From the NCBI GenBank assembly GCA_002189035.1, contig NEEC01000008.1, forward strand, positions 2,294,001 through 2,358,000: 64,000 nucleotides of DNA. Direction: 5' to 3'. The translations under genes and the position numbers were made by a program. Numbering within the stretch: the first letter of the stretch is position 1; each line of letters starts with the position of its first letter. Shown in pieces: positions 24,418-38,114 of this stretch. The stretch is from Utricularia gibba. Lineage: Eukaryota; Plantae; Magnoliophyta. The notes under the pieces were generated by a model. The model had not been told where the DNA came from, made no database searches, and was given only the letters and a program-made list of their open reading frames with translations.

Positions 24418-26494
24418 TCAGTTCACCTCGTCGTGTGAAGGCTCCTCCTCCAGCAGCCTCTTCCTTGCTTCAACTGCCTGCAGCGACACAAACACAGAAA
24501 TCTCAGCGTCTGCTGTTACTCCGATTGGCATTCTTGGGAAAGAGACAAACACACAACCCGTTTCTCCCAGTTGTTTCGGATTGTTATCGTCCCGTACAGA
24601 ACCGTCTGCACAGAAGCACCGCACAGTACTCCGATCCACAGCCCCCTTCCTCTAAGCTTCACCAAGAACGCCAACGAAACGGCCACCGGAATCCCGACCA
24701 GATAATACGACGCAAGGTTCACGTAAGCCCCGATGTGCTGCCATCCGCACCCTCTAAGCACTCCTGTGGCACATCAAGAAGAAGCAGAAGCATACCGATG
24801 CATGAAGAAACATGTCTGCCAGTTGTTTCGTATTACAAAAGATGATGAATACTTGGCTAACCTGCCATTGTTCCTTGGATGCTATCCACGATCACAGATA
24901 AGCATATCAGAGGTGTCATGCTCGAGACGTAGTCAACGACTTCTGTCTCGTTGCTGAACACATAGCCGAAAGCTTTTCGGCTTGCAATGAGGATGGAGGT
25001 GACGATGACTCCATTCATGGCAGCCAGAAGCATCACGCTGACGAATGCGACATAGGCGAGATGCGAATTTCCTGCTCCCAACTCATTTGAGATCCTTGTG
25101 CTGGTAGCATGCATAAATACATGAATAAGAAAGATTGGAAGACAAGGAGAAAAACAGATGTATCAGAAGGCACAATACCTTGCAGCAGCAGCTAGCCCAA
25201 CTGGAATGGAAAAGAATGTTGAAAGGGTGTTCAGGCTGTCGGTAACATTGGTTAAGCAAGAAACATGATAAATGATCTACTTTTTGACATTAGAAGCATT
25301 TTAGCTGAGATGGTTTGTTTGGTTTTCATGGAATGCGTTGAATTGAAATGAAACGAAATCCAGAACAAAGTAAAAGCAGTTGGGATTGTAAGAAGTACCA
25401 CACAGCGAGCACCGAGGTTTCGAGTCTTGGATTCTGTAAGAGTCCGGACAGCAAGATGAGAAGCTCAAACGACCAGAACTCAAGGCTATAACAAGGCGAA
25501 GATGATGATTGTCAAAACATGGAGACTCAGGCAAATATCAATCTCAGCACATAAATGATTACCAGATCATAATTGCAGAAGGAACTGCAAATTCAAAGAA
25601 CTCTTTCACCCCATGGAATATCCTGAATGACATTCGAGAACGAGTTTTCTCGCATGTTGGGGAGTACTTCATGTACAGGGTAAGAATTCCCACATTCAGC
25701 CATGTTGAAAGTCCCATGGCAGCAGCCCCTCCAAGGCTGCCCAGTCCCGTCTTGAAAACGAGTGCCCAACAAACAGGGAAGTGGAAGCAGAGACAGATGA
25801 ATGTGCTTAAGAGCGTAGGGACAATCAAGCTTTGCATCTGATAGAATCGAACAAGGGGTTGAAAGAATGCATGTGCAAAGAGTGTGGGTATCAGCCAAGT
25901 GATAAACCTCTGAGCTTCATCAGAAATCTGAGGATCTTGGCCTACAAATTTCAGCAAGTCTCCAGTGAAGAGCCACAGGATGGACATGGGGATAGAAACA
26001 AGCAACAGACAAAACGTAGCAGTATAAGTTTGAGTTTCGATTTTGCCGTACTGCTGAGCACCATATGCTTGTCCGATCAAGGTTTCCAAGCCACTGCCCA
26101 TACCCACCTGTTGCATAAGAGATCAGAAGCAGGGACGGACACAATGCAATGAAGACAATACAGGATGCCTAAAATTGCAAACTAATCTGGAAATACCCTG
26201 AGCATGGAGTTTCAAGTGCAAAAATTAAAAACTACGAGCAAGACAAAGAAGCCTTACGAGGAAACTGAAACCAGTGACACCAGCAATAGAAATCGCAATC
26301 GATGTGCTCGAAAGAGCGAGTTCCCCCAAATGGCCAACCATCATAAGTGAAATAATCTGCAACAAGAAGAAAGAACGAGTGACAAACACCATGGGAACTG
26401 CTATATACCCAAGCCTCTTCATTTCCTCTCTTATCTCTCCCCATTTCACCTTCTTAGTATTTGGTTTTTCCTTCATCAACAACCCCTCCTCCAT
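24418..26494 (-). CDS. MATE/DTX efflux transporter, copy 1
   Basis: Seven exons; [57 protein letters not shown]. Confidence 0.93.
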
Positions 26495-27308
26495 TTCCTC
26501 CCCCTCTGCTTCACCTTCCTAAGGTGAAGAATTCCCACAGACCCAGAATGTGTGGAAGGCCAATAGGATAAAGTCCACGATATTTGGTTGCTATCATATA
26601 TACATGAATAGAACAAACATGCCTGTGGTTCATCGAATCATGATTTGGTGTCCTATATAAGCAGAGACTTGTCTTCATATCACCAAGAATGAGTAGACAG
26701 GTCCCTGCCATCACCTTCTATCTGCGGTCCTGATCAAATTGGCACTGCCCATCACCTTCTCTATTGGGTACAATTTGCTTTTCTCAACCCAACAAGGAAG
26801 AAAATAGCAAATATGATACAAGCTTCCATGAAAACATTCTCTAGCACTCGAAGCTCAACTCATCTACAATAAATTGATAATTCATTGTCAGCAAGTAACG
26901 AACTCCAAATTGTTTATCTATACTTTTCAATGGACTTGAATTCAATAATTATTAATGTTGACATTAGATAAACATATTTTACCATAGTTTAATTAAGTTT
27001 GTACTGGATTTTGAATGGGTTTGAATTGAACAATTATTAATATAGCATAGTTTACCATAGTGTTGTTAGCATACATAATTTTGGGTTGATTCAAAATTAT
27101 TTATTTTTATTATTATTATGAATTAAAATTAAATATTATTTTTCAGAATAATGTAAAATGTGTCATTAAAATGGAAATGACTTAACGTGTATAATTATTA
27201 TAATGTCGGAAAAAAATTAAAATGAAGACAATAAAATCTGCTCGATCTCAATCTTTGTTACTAAGCCAGAATCCAATTTCACCCACGTGATCCACATGAC
27301 TCGCTGAA

Positions 27309-27328
27309 CTCTCTCTCTCTCTCTCTCT
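27309..27328. repeat. (CT)10 microsatellite
   Basis: Directly visible. Confidence 0.9.
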
Positions 27329-27358
27329 GTGCCATTGCCGGGTTCGGTTGCTTCTGCA

Positions 27359-29310
27359 TCAACTTAATTCTTCATGTGTGGGAGAAGATCTCTCTTTCGT
27401 CAGCCTCTTCCTTGCTTCAATGGCCTGCAGTAAAACCAGCACACTTACTGTTGTTCTGTGTTCTTGCAGGCATACCAGAATCTACACAAAGAAAGACAAT
27501 GAAACCTGTCTCTCCCAGTTCGTGAAGCTTGTTATAGCGCCGAACATGACTGACTGCAGAAAGACACCACAGAGTATTCCGATCCATAGCCCCCTTCCTC
27601 CAAACTTCAGCAAGAACGCCAACGAGGCTGCGATCGGAATCCCGACAAGGTAATACGCCGCAAGGTTCAAGTAAGCTCCGATGTGCTGCCACCCGCAGCC
27701 CCTAACGATCCCTGAGCCATATGGGAGAAGGTTAACCCTGAACATGGTAATGAAGATGACTTGGATGGGATGTTTTTGCCAAGAACCTGCCATAGTTCCC
27801 TGGACACTGTCGATGAATACGGACAGGCACACAAGGGGAGCCATGCTTGAGACATACTCAACGACCTCCATCTCGTTGCTGAATATGTAGCCAAAAACGT
27901 TTCGGCTGAAGAGGAGGATGGCACTGACTACGACTCCATTGATAGCTGCAAGAAGCATTGCACTGATGCAGGAGACATGGGCCGAATGGGGATTTCCAGC
28001 TCCCAACTCATTTGAAATCCTTGTGCTGATGTATTTTATACACACAAATGAGGGAGAGGAGCTAAACGAGGGAAGGTGTGATGAAGGTTTTTGAAGTATA
28101 CCTTGCAGCAGCAGCTAATCCCACGGGAATTGAGTAGATTGTTGAAATGGTGCTCAGGCTGCAGAAACAGGTCAGTAAGTAATGGAACTCGATCATGGGA
28201 GTTGAAAAGAAACTGAATTAGTTGTCATCAATGGTAATACCACACAGCCAGCACTGAGGTTTCGAGTTGAGGATTTGGTAGGAGCCCAGAAAGCAAGACA
28301 AGCAGCTCAAACGACCACCATTCCAGACTACAACAGGAATAACTTGGTTGTCAACAAGAAGAACAATAAATGCATAGAAAGCTTGGCAGATAACTGATTA
28401 CCATATCATTATTGCAGAAGGAATTGCAAATCCGAAGAACTCTTTCATTCCATCAAATATCTTACATGAAATGCGCGACCGTGTTTGCTCACACGCGGAG
28501 GAGTATGCCATATACAAGCTGAGAATTCCCACATTCAGCCATGTTGAAAGTCCCATGGCTACTGCACCTCCAAGATTCCCTAGTCCTGACTTGAAAACAA
28601 GTGCCCAGCAGACGGGGATGTGAAAGCACAAGGTGATGAATGAACTTAGGATCATTGGGAAAATCAAGCTTTGAATCTGATAAAATCGAACAAGGGGCTG
28701 AAAAAATGCGTAGGCGAAGAGGGTCGGTATTAGCCAAGTTAAATATTTTCCAGCTTCAATAGATATCTGAGGGTCCTGACCAACAAACTTCAGCATATCT
28801 GCAGTGTACAACCAAAGGATGGACAGGGGAATAGAAACAGTGACCAGACAGAAAATCGCTGTGTAAGTTTGAGTTCCAATTTTTTCATACTGTTGAGCAC
28901 CAAAAGCTTGCCCGCTTAACGTTTCCAAGCCACTGGCCATGCCTAACTGTTTCACAAGACCAGATTCTCACAAAGATGACAAGAAAAACAAGTATATAGG
29001 CAAAAAAAACAGCAGCAGAGAGTTGACAGCAGAGTAAACACAAGCAGCTGGCTAACAATTCGAGGAAGCCTTACAAGGAAACTGAAGCCAGTGACACCAG
29101 CAAGAGAAACAGCAATAGATGTGCTCGAAAGAGCAAGTTCCCCCAAATGCCCAACCATCATAAGTGATATAACCTGCAAGAAGTAGAAAGAAAGAGTAAC
29201 AGCCACCATGGGGCCAGCTATATACCCAAGCCTCTTCATTTCCTTTCCAATCTCCCCCCAGCTGACTTTCTTATTGCATGATGCTTCCTTCATCAAAAAC
29301 CCTCCTCCAT
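27359..29310 (-). CDS. MATE/DTX efflux transporter, copy 2 (apparent 1-nt deletion at 29295-29299)
   Basis: Same seven-exon layout; exon 1 is 236 nt from the first ATG versus 237 nt in copies 1 and 4; a second in-frame ATG lies at 29293. Confidence 0.9.
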
Positions 29311-30625
29311 TTTCCCCTGTTCCTTCGCTCTCCAACCAAAATTTCAGAAAAACAAGAGATACATGAACCATGCGAGAATACTAGGATTATGACACATTCT
29401 ATGAGTGGTTGATATAAAATACTGGGAAAAACAGTCTCTTTTTGCTCAACAACATCGACAAGCCACAACAGGTAATAATTACTTGCTATCATGTATATCC
29501 CCAAGGTTTGTCTTTACAAAGGGCTCAACCCCAAGACGTGGTCCCAATGGCATTCACATCACGTACCCATTACCCCTCCACCCCTGGAGTTCTTTTCCCT
29601 TTGTCGATACACACAAGGGAATATAGCAGAGAATCAAATCCCAAATTGGATACAAGATGTTTCCTAAGATTGTAACAGGTATTTCTATACAAAACCCATT
29701 TGGAATCCAGCTTGCATGCACCAAATGCGAGTGACTGAATTTCATTCAATGCAGTCATCGAGTTCCGTAAATAATTCGTTGAAACAACACCTCCAAAGGG
29801 TAAGAACAACCGGGGAATCGGGAAGTGGCGATATTGGGACCGTGCAAGAAATAGAGGAGTCCGCCAACTTCTATGAAAAAGGCCCCATTATCTATACAGT
29901 CTTTTTTTTTCTTACATTTTTTATTGTTAAGATTTATAGCCACCTGTCTATGCTGTCATTCCTGGGACTCATCATTAACAAATTGGAATTAGAAATTTCG
30001 TGAATAATAATGAAATTTTAATAAATAAAAGATATGAAAATATATTATTAAATTTGAATTTATCCACGTTTGTTTTAGGCAATCCTATGATTCTATTTTT
30101 TTTAGAAAACGCATAATAATTTTTTACATTATCAATTTTTTATAATATAAAGAGTATTTTTTTTAGATTAATTATATCGTTTAGAAAAAAAAAATTGTTA
30201 AATAAATACCACATATTCGCTTTGGGCCGGGCTCACTCCCAACTACGTAATAGACACAGGCCGGTGTGTTCGATAAAAACGAGGCGCTTTTTTTTAACAG
30301 TCGTCTTCTTCTTCGTGTGAGTTTTAGGCGGCTCCGATCGGAGTTTTTCCGGCTTGTCTATGAGGATCAGGAGGCTTTTGGTCAAGTATCTTGCTCTTTA
30401 TTGGTATTCACTGACTGACGCTACGCATCGCCTCCCTAATTCTCCATTTTGGTTTCTTTTCTGCCTTGTGATATTCAAAGTTTTTACCCTAGAACTACCT
30501 ACTGAAAGTCTGATGGCATTTGAGTCTCTTTTGTATGCAAGAAACAGGCGCAGATACAATGCATATCAGCGGCCAATCCATCGACACAAGTTACGTCTCA
30601 ATGCAGCATCTGGGCTTCTTTTGCA

Positions 30626-32548
30626 TCAGCTTAGTTCATCATCCGGTGCAGAAGAGGTTTCCACCTCCAGCACCCTCTTTCTGGCGTCGAGGGCCTGCAG
30701 CAACACAACACTTTCAGGATCTACCTCTTCTGTTACAGTATTAACAAGAATCTGGTCAGAGCCAAACAACACCTGTTTTTTCCAGTTGGTGCAGTATGCC
30801 ATTGTCCCGTACAAGACTATCTGCACACAGACACCGCACAGTATTCCAATCCACAGCCCCCTTACGTTGAGTTTCAGTAAGAAAGCTAGCGAAACTGCAA
30901 CCGGGATCCCGACGAGGTAGAATGCCACAGCATTCAAGTAAGCTCCGATGTCCTGCCACCCGGACCCTCTAACAACTCCTGAGACACATGAAAAAATTCA
31001 TAACATTTATCTTTCTTCTCACAGGGAGAGAGACTTTAACAACCTGCCATGGTTCCTTGGAGACTGTCGAAGATCAGGGATATGCATAGCAGGGGAGCAA
31101 TGCTTGCAACGTACTTAACAACTTCTATCTCACTGCTGAATACATACCCAAAGTAATTCCCGCTGAACAGGAGAATGGAGCTAACAATTAATCCATTGAT
31201 GGCTGCCAGGAGCATTATGCTGATGAACGAGACACGGGCAAGATGTGGATTTCCAGCTCCCAACTCGTTTGATATCCTTGTGCTGAATATTACGAAGGAA
31301 TCAGAAAGTGTGGAGCAGAATCAGGGAATCCTAGAAAGTGCAAAAAGTACTAATACAAGTGGAGTTTTTTGAAGTGTACCTTGCTGCAACTGCGAATCCA
31401 AATGGAATCATATAGAATGTTGAAAGGGTGTTTACGCTGTCAATAGCAACTCATTAAGCAGAAGAACATGATGTTTGAAACAGCTGTGAGAATGCTATGG
31501 CTAGGAAAAGATACCAGACAGCCAGCACAGAGGTTTCTAGTTGAGGATTTGGCAGGAGACCGGAGAGCAAAACTAGAATTTCAAATGAGCACCACTCGAA
31601 GCTAAAGCATGAAAGCAGTCAAGTGAAGACTAAAGAAAAATAAGAAAGCTCAAGTAAAAGCTTGGCATGTAGGTGATTACCAGACCATAACTGCTGAAGG
31701 GACTGCATATTTGAAGAATTCTTTCATCCCATCGAAGATCTTGAACGAAATAGGAGATCTGGTCTTCATACATGCAGGGGAATACATCATGTGCAGAATG
31801 AGAATCCCCACATTTAACCATGTTGAAAGTCCATTGGCAAGAGCAGCTCCATGGTTCCCTAGGCTTGACTTGAACACAAGTGCCCAACAAATGGGAAAAT
31901 GGAAGCAGAGAGAGAGGAATGAGCTTATGAGCAATGGAGCAATCAGGCTTTGAATTTGATAAAATCGAACAAGGGGTTGAATAAATGAATAGCCAAAGAG
32001 GGTAGGTATCAGCCATGTTAAATATTTTCCAGCTTCAGTAGAAATCTGGGGATCTTGACCTACAATTTTCAGCAAGTCTCCACTGTAAAACCACAGGACG
32101 GACAGGGGAACAGAAACAAGGACCAGACAGAAAATAGCAGTATAGGTTTGGGTTCCAATTTTTTGGTATTGCTGAGCACCAAATGCTTGTCCACTTAATG
32201 TCTCCAAACCGCTGGCCATACCAGACTGTTGAATTAAAGCACGAAGTTAACTAAGAAATACATCCTGGAGCACTCCATGAAGGTATACTGTTTCTTAAGT
32301 TCGAGGAAGCTTACAATGATATATAGGCCAGTGACAACTCCAAGAGAAACAGCGATAGACGTGCTCGAAAGAGCGAGTTCACCCAAATGACCCACCATCA
32401 TAAGCGATAAAACCGGCACCATGAAGAAGGAAAGATTGACAGCCACCATTGGGGCTGCAATAGTTCCAAGCCTCTTCATTTCCTCCCCTATCTCTCCCCA
32501 ACTCAATCTCTCATTGTATGAGCTTTTCTTCATCAATAAACCCTCCAT
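30626..32548 (-). CDS. MATE/DTX efflux transporter, copy 3
   Basis: Seven exons in frame; [39 protein letters not shown]. Confidence 0.92.
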
Positions 32549-33458
32549 TTTCTGCCTTCCTCCTTTATCAGAAACCAGAAAAGTCAATTCCTGGGAAGAG
32601 GGTCAAGACACACGCCACAGTTGTTATCATCCGTATCTTTTCCAAAGTTCTCTTTGTTATGTATCCTACATAATTAAATAGGGATGCTTTCTCAACCCAA
32701 ATACTAAGATAGCAAAAATTCTGTCTTTTTTGTTTCTATTCTATGCCTCATCTAGCCTTCTTTTTGCATTGAATCGTGAGTGAAGTTCATTGGAGATATA
32801 AGCCAAACTATAATACCTTTGAAGATGGAGCCTCAGGACGCACTGAAATCTTCCAGGCAATAAATCGAAGCTTGATTTCATGGGATTGAAGGAGTGACAC
32901 GTGGTGGATACTGAGAGATATGAAGTATTCGAAGAAAGTAAGTGGAGAGCACAGCCGGTTTTCAAACAGGTGGGCGCCAAACAGGGGAAGCTAGAGAAAT
33001 CCAATGACCAACTTTCAGCCGGTTTTCCAGGTGGGCGCCATTTAAGCCGACACTGTCGGTAGTTCCTGAGAGCAGGCTCTGACTTTTAGACTGGGTCGCA
33101 GTTCTGGTTTTGTCCCTTGATGCAATTACTTATGTAAAACTACAGGATGGTGAAAACACCTCCCTCCCACTTCTTCTCAATGAACATTGATTTCGTTTGC
33201 ATATTAGTGGAATATTTAGAAACAAGAGTACGACAATTTCGCCCGCCGGCGGCTACTACAGAAGCACAAAACAGGCAAGGATGGACTGAAGTAGGCACCT
33301 CACGGCAGCTGCTAATCCATGTGAAGTTGAGTGCAGTGTCCATTGAAGGCATTTGAGTTTCTTTTGTTTGCAAAAAACTCGCATGATGCTAGTCAATGGG
33401 CGATCCGACACCCACGTCTCTGTGGAATCTTCATTGCTGTACTTAGGCTTCCCCTGCA

Positions 33459-35680
33459 TCAGCTTACTTCATCATGTGGTGCAGAAGAGGATTCCACCTC
33501 CAACACCCTTTTTCTTGCTTCAGTTGCCTGCACAGGACACTCTTAACGCCTAACTAACTGCTGTGTATTCTTACACCAATAACAAGAGAATCTGCATAAA
33601 GACAAGCAAAACCTGTTTCTCCCAGTTGATGCGTATCGCCATTGCCCCATACAAGACTACCTGCGTAGAGGCACCACACACTATTCCAATCCAGAGCCCT
33701 CGCCCTCCGAACTTCAATAAGAATGCTAACAAAACCGCAACCGGAATCCCAACAAGGTAAAACGCCGCGAGGTTTAAGTAAGCTCCAATGTCCTGCCACC
33801 CACACCCTCTAATAACACCTGAGACAGGTGAACAAATTCAGAGTTCAGTTATATATCATGTAACTCTCATGTGATTCCAGATGAAGGTTTGATTGATATA
33901 TCTCAAAAACCTGACATAGTTCCTTGTAAGCTGTCGAAAACCACGGAGATGCATAGCAGAGGAGCCATGCTTGCAACATACTTAACAACTTCTGTGTCAT
34001 TTATAAATACGTAGCCAAAAACACCCCGGCAGAAAAAGAGAATGGAGCTGACAATGAATCCGTTCATGGTTGCGAGAAACATTACACAGATGAATGAGAC
34101 ACGGGCCAGATGTGGATTTCCGGCTCCCAACTCATTTGCTATCCTCGTACTGCATATTGTACAAGAATCAGGAACTTTAGAGCAAAGGAAAGTAATCCAT
34201 GAAATTGCCACAAGTACTAATCAAAGTGTGATATTATGTACGTATACCTTGCTGCAACTGCTAATCCAAATGGGATTGAAAAAATTGTTGAAAGAGTGTT
34301 CAGGCTGTCAAGAACAAGTCATTAAGCAAAAGCACATGATACTTAAAACAACTGTGAGATTAATCATGATATCGAAAAAATACCACACAGCGAGCACTGA
34401 GGTTTCCAGTTGAGGATTTGGCAAGAGACCAGACAGCAAAACAAGTAATTCAAATGAACACCACTCAAGGCTAAAACATGAAAAATTTAGATGCCAAGTG
34501 AAAATTAAACAGAATAGGAGGTCAAATACATATGAAGTTTGACACATAAGTGAATACCAGGTCATAACTGCAGAAGGAACCGCAAATCTGAAGAACTCTT
34601 TAATTCCATAGAAGATCTTGAAAGAAATAGGAGATCTAGTTCTCAAACAAGCAGGGGAGTACTTCATATACAAACTAAGAGTTCCCACATTTAACCATGT
34701 TGAAAGTCCCAAGGCAACAGCAGCTCCATGGTTCCCTAGGCCTGTCTTGAACACAAGTGCCCAACACAGAGGAATATGGAAGCAGATAGTGATAAATGAG
34801 CTTATGAGCATTGGGACAATCAAGCTTTGAATCTGATAAAATCGGATAAGGGGTTGAAGAAATGCATAGCCAAAGAGGGTAGGTATTAGCCAAGTTAAGA
34901 ATTTTCCTGCTTCAGTAGAAATCTGAGGGTCTTGACCTACAAATTTCAGCAAGTCTCCAATGTACGACCACAGGACGGACAGGGGAATACAAACAAGGAC
35001 CAGACAGAAAATAGCAGTATAGGTTTGAGTTCCAACTTTTTGGTATTCCTGAGCACCAAATGCCTGTCCACTTAATGTTTCCAAACCGCCGGCCATACCC
35101 AGCTGTAAAGTAGAAATTCGAACTAATTCAAGCATCTCATGAAAGCATAAAACTCACAAGTAAGGTGTCAAATTTTCCATTTTTTCCAGTGAATCACTTC
35201 ATTGCATGAAATCTTTGTAAATAACCTTTAGGGTCCACACATTAGGCCTATGGCTTTTAACCAATACAACAGACTGTAATGGATATAAATGCTAGTATTT
35301 TCCGCATTCCAATAACGAATCCTTTTTCACTCAGTTTCTGAACCGGGGGATTCACCAATAAAAAATGTTCATACAGAGAATGGGATGTTTAACGAAATCC
35401 AAGTAAACATAGACATTGTTTCCTTAAGTTCGAGAAAGCTTACGATTAAACTCAGGCCAGTGACAACACCAAGCGAAACGCCAATAGACGTGCTGGAAAG
35501 AGCGAGTTCGCCCAAGTGGCCGGCCATCATAACCGAGATAACCTGCAACAAGTAAAAAGAGAGATTGACAGCCACCATTGGAGCTGCTACATTCGCAAGC
35601 CTTTTCATTTCCTCCCGCGCCTCTCCCCAGTCCAATCTCTTATTGTACGATCTTTCCTTCATTAATAAACCCTCCTCCAT
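33459..35680 (-). CDS. MATE/DTX efflux transporter, copy 4
   Basis: Seven exons in frame; [40 protein letters not shown]. Confidence 0.92.
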
Positions 35681-36066
35681 TTTCTCTCTTCCTGCTTTAT
35701 CAGAAAAAAAAGAAAAGTAAACTCTTGGGAAGAAGACACATGCCATGGTTGTCATCATCCATATCCCTCCCCAAAGCTCTCATTTTGATATTTACCCAAC
35801 ATTAAGAGAAATAAGGGACTACCAAACCTTAATCCATGTGCATGTGCAATAAATTTGCTTCATCAATAAACGAAAATGCGTTTCAGCGGAATCTTAAATG
35901 CATCAGAAGTGAGTGAATGAAGTTCATTCAGCATAATGATCGAGTTTGCTACATGCAGTATTATACCGCACTATACCTTTGAAGATCGATGCGAAGCGCG
36001 CACTGAAATCTTCCAGGGAATAAATCCCTTAATTTTGGGCGATTGATGCACTGAGGCGTGGTGACT

Positions 36067-36185
36067 AGGAGGTAAAATAGCCTAAAATACTCGAAGAAGA
36101 CGCCTTGGAGAGCAAGTAGCTCAGGAGGTAAAATAGCGTAAAATACTCGAAGAGGACACCGTGGAGAGCAAGTAGCTCAGGAGGT
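36067..36185. repeat. 56-bp tandem duplication upstream of MATE copy 4
   Basis: Units 36067-36122 and 36123-36178 differ at 4 positions; a 7-nt third start follows. Confidence 0.9.
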
Positions 36186-38114
36186 CGAAATCCAATTGCC
36201 ATCTTTTTCCGTGCCTGCTAATTCGCTAAATTTTCTACTCTCACGACTTCAATGGCTGAAACGCTCTTGCTGCCACAGCCACTCATCTAAGCAAATGGTC
36301 TTTTGACTTCAATTCAGGATTTGAATTTACTGTTAATTTGGGTTTCATTTCGACTGAGTCGTTTTATCTCATTTGGCTTTGAATCAATTAAACACCTATT
36401 ACTAATTTTCATTTTATTTAATACATTATTTATTAATATTTCCATTTGCAGTTTTTCACATAAATTCCCACCAAACCAAATGGTGATTTGGAGTAATTTA
36501 TTTTATAATGAAAAACAAATGGCATAATTTTTCATTTGCACCTTGTGATATCATACGTATATTTTTATTTTTATCCTCCTCAGACCATTAATTTTATTAT
36601 CAAATCTTAATTTCTCCATTTTATTGACAAAGATTCATGTCAATAAACCGGAAAATAAGTGTGCATGATGACTTTATTGGATTTAATACTATCTAAATAC
36701 CATTGAATTCCGATGTGGTGTCATCACGCAAGTTGTCGAATTCAATAACCTCTTGGTGGGATACTCCAGGATGCAGCACTGGGATTCACTCACTGCTGAA
36801 TGTCTTCCATCTTCAAACTCCCTCCCACTCGCAGCAGTTAAATCTGGGGGAGGAGCCATCTGATACAACAGAGGAGCCATCATCTCGTCCTTGCTGCCAT
36901 CGGAGGAAGAGATCCTACCAACCACCCACCGCCTGAGCAAATCTGGGAGGCGGTGGAGCGAGATGGTATGCATTAATACTCACAACATGACAACACAACA
37001 CCCCACGTTGAAATGGGAGGGAATCTCCCCGGATTCACACTCCTGAGGTGGGGAAACGCACCCCGGATCGGGATCGCCTGCAAACACAGGGTCCGGTTCG
37101 GTTCGGTTCGGTTCTGCGTTGATAAAAAAACCAGTCAAAAAGGCAAGAAAAGCAAGCACCAATATGGGTGTTAACTCGTTTCAGAGTGGCTCCCATCCCT
37201 AATAATTTTCAACTCCTTGGACATCTCAGGTGCAGGTTCAGACCGTGGAAGCTCTTACCCGGTCATATTATTAAACTTGTCGATTTTCATTTCATTTTGC
37301 ATGAATTTCTTGCTATATTTATTACATGCACATCTAAAAAAATCGTGATTTTGCATTGATTTTTAAACTCCTCTCCTCCTGCAAAGCCCTAGAAACAGAT
37401 GGCGTCATGACTGACTCCGCCATGACGGCCGACTGGAGGGCTTTTTTCTAAATTCGTATTAAAAGCATCTGAAATTCGGTCTTCTGTTCACAGCCTTGAA
37501 TTGAATTGAATGGGTCCCTTCGGCACCAACCCAAAATGGCTCTTCCTTCCGCTTTCCTCTCAATTGTATATAATTCCAGGCAATCTGTTTTTTTAATATT
37601 TTATTTGCATAAATTATTTTTTATTCATCTAATAACTCAAGAAACTGTGAATAAAAGTATATATATCACTATGATCATTTCAAAGGGCTATTAAAAAAAT
37701 AAAAAGATAATTCTGTTCGTTGTCCGTTTCAAACACGTAGACAAGACCCTTAGTTTTGAGTTGTTTGATTTTGCTTTTGCCACCCCATTTTTGGAATTCA
37801 TTTTTTTATTTTAAACATTGAAATATATTTAAATAAATTCAATCAAATCAATTTAAATGGCAACATAATATATAAATGAAATTAAATTCTTTAAAAATAA
37901 GATTAAATTAGAATCTATGGGTTTTATAAAAAGTGGACCCACCAACACAACTGCCGTCGGAAAACTGAACTTTGAAAGGCGCACCGAATTTCAAAGAAAA
38001 GGGCCTGTAATTCTGCAGCCATATGAACTCGGTTTATTCCTCCCCACTAAATAAATAAATACTCTCTCGCATTTCTCTCCGCCAATCCCCTCCTCCTGTT
38101 CCAAGAGTATTGAG

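Noticed and set aside
30479-30505. Resemblance to 25S rRNA (GTTTTACCCTA, CTACTGA) as a snoRNA guide
   Set aside because: No proper C and D boxes on the strand that would be antisense; lies in the MATE3 3' region.
32952-33040. Direct repeat CAGCCGGTTTTC...AGGTGGGCGCCA resembling a retroelement primer-binding site
   Set aside because: No adjacent LTR end or retroelement coding sequence; treated as a small local duplication.
36710-36722. USE-like CCACATCG on the minus strand
   Set aside because: Poor 5' match, weak TATA and only AT-rich sequence downstream.
36771-36790. Similarity to a miR172 target or star sequence
   Set aside because: Requires a 3-nt gap and no complementary arm is present.
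37094-37114. (GGTTC)n and, at 42022-42054, (TACGGG)n motifs like hAT/MITE subterminal repeats
   Set aside because: No terminal inverted repeats or target-site duplications identifiable.
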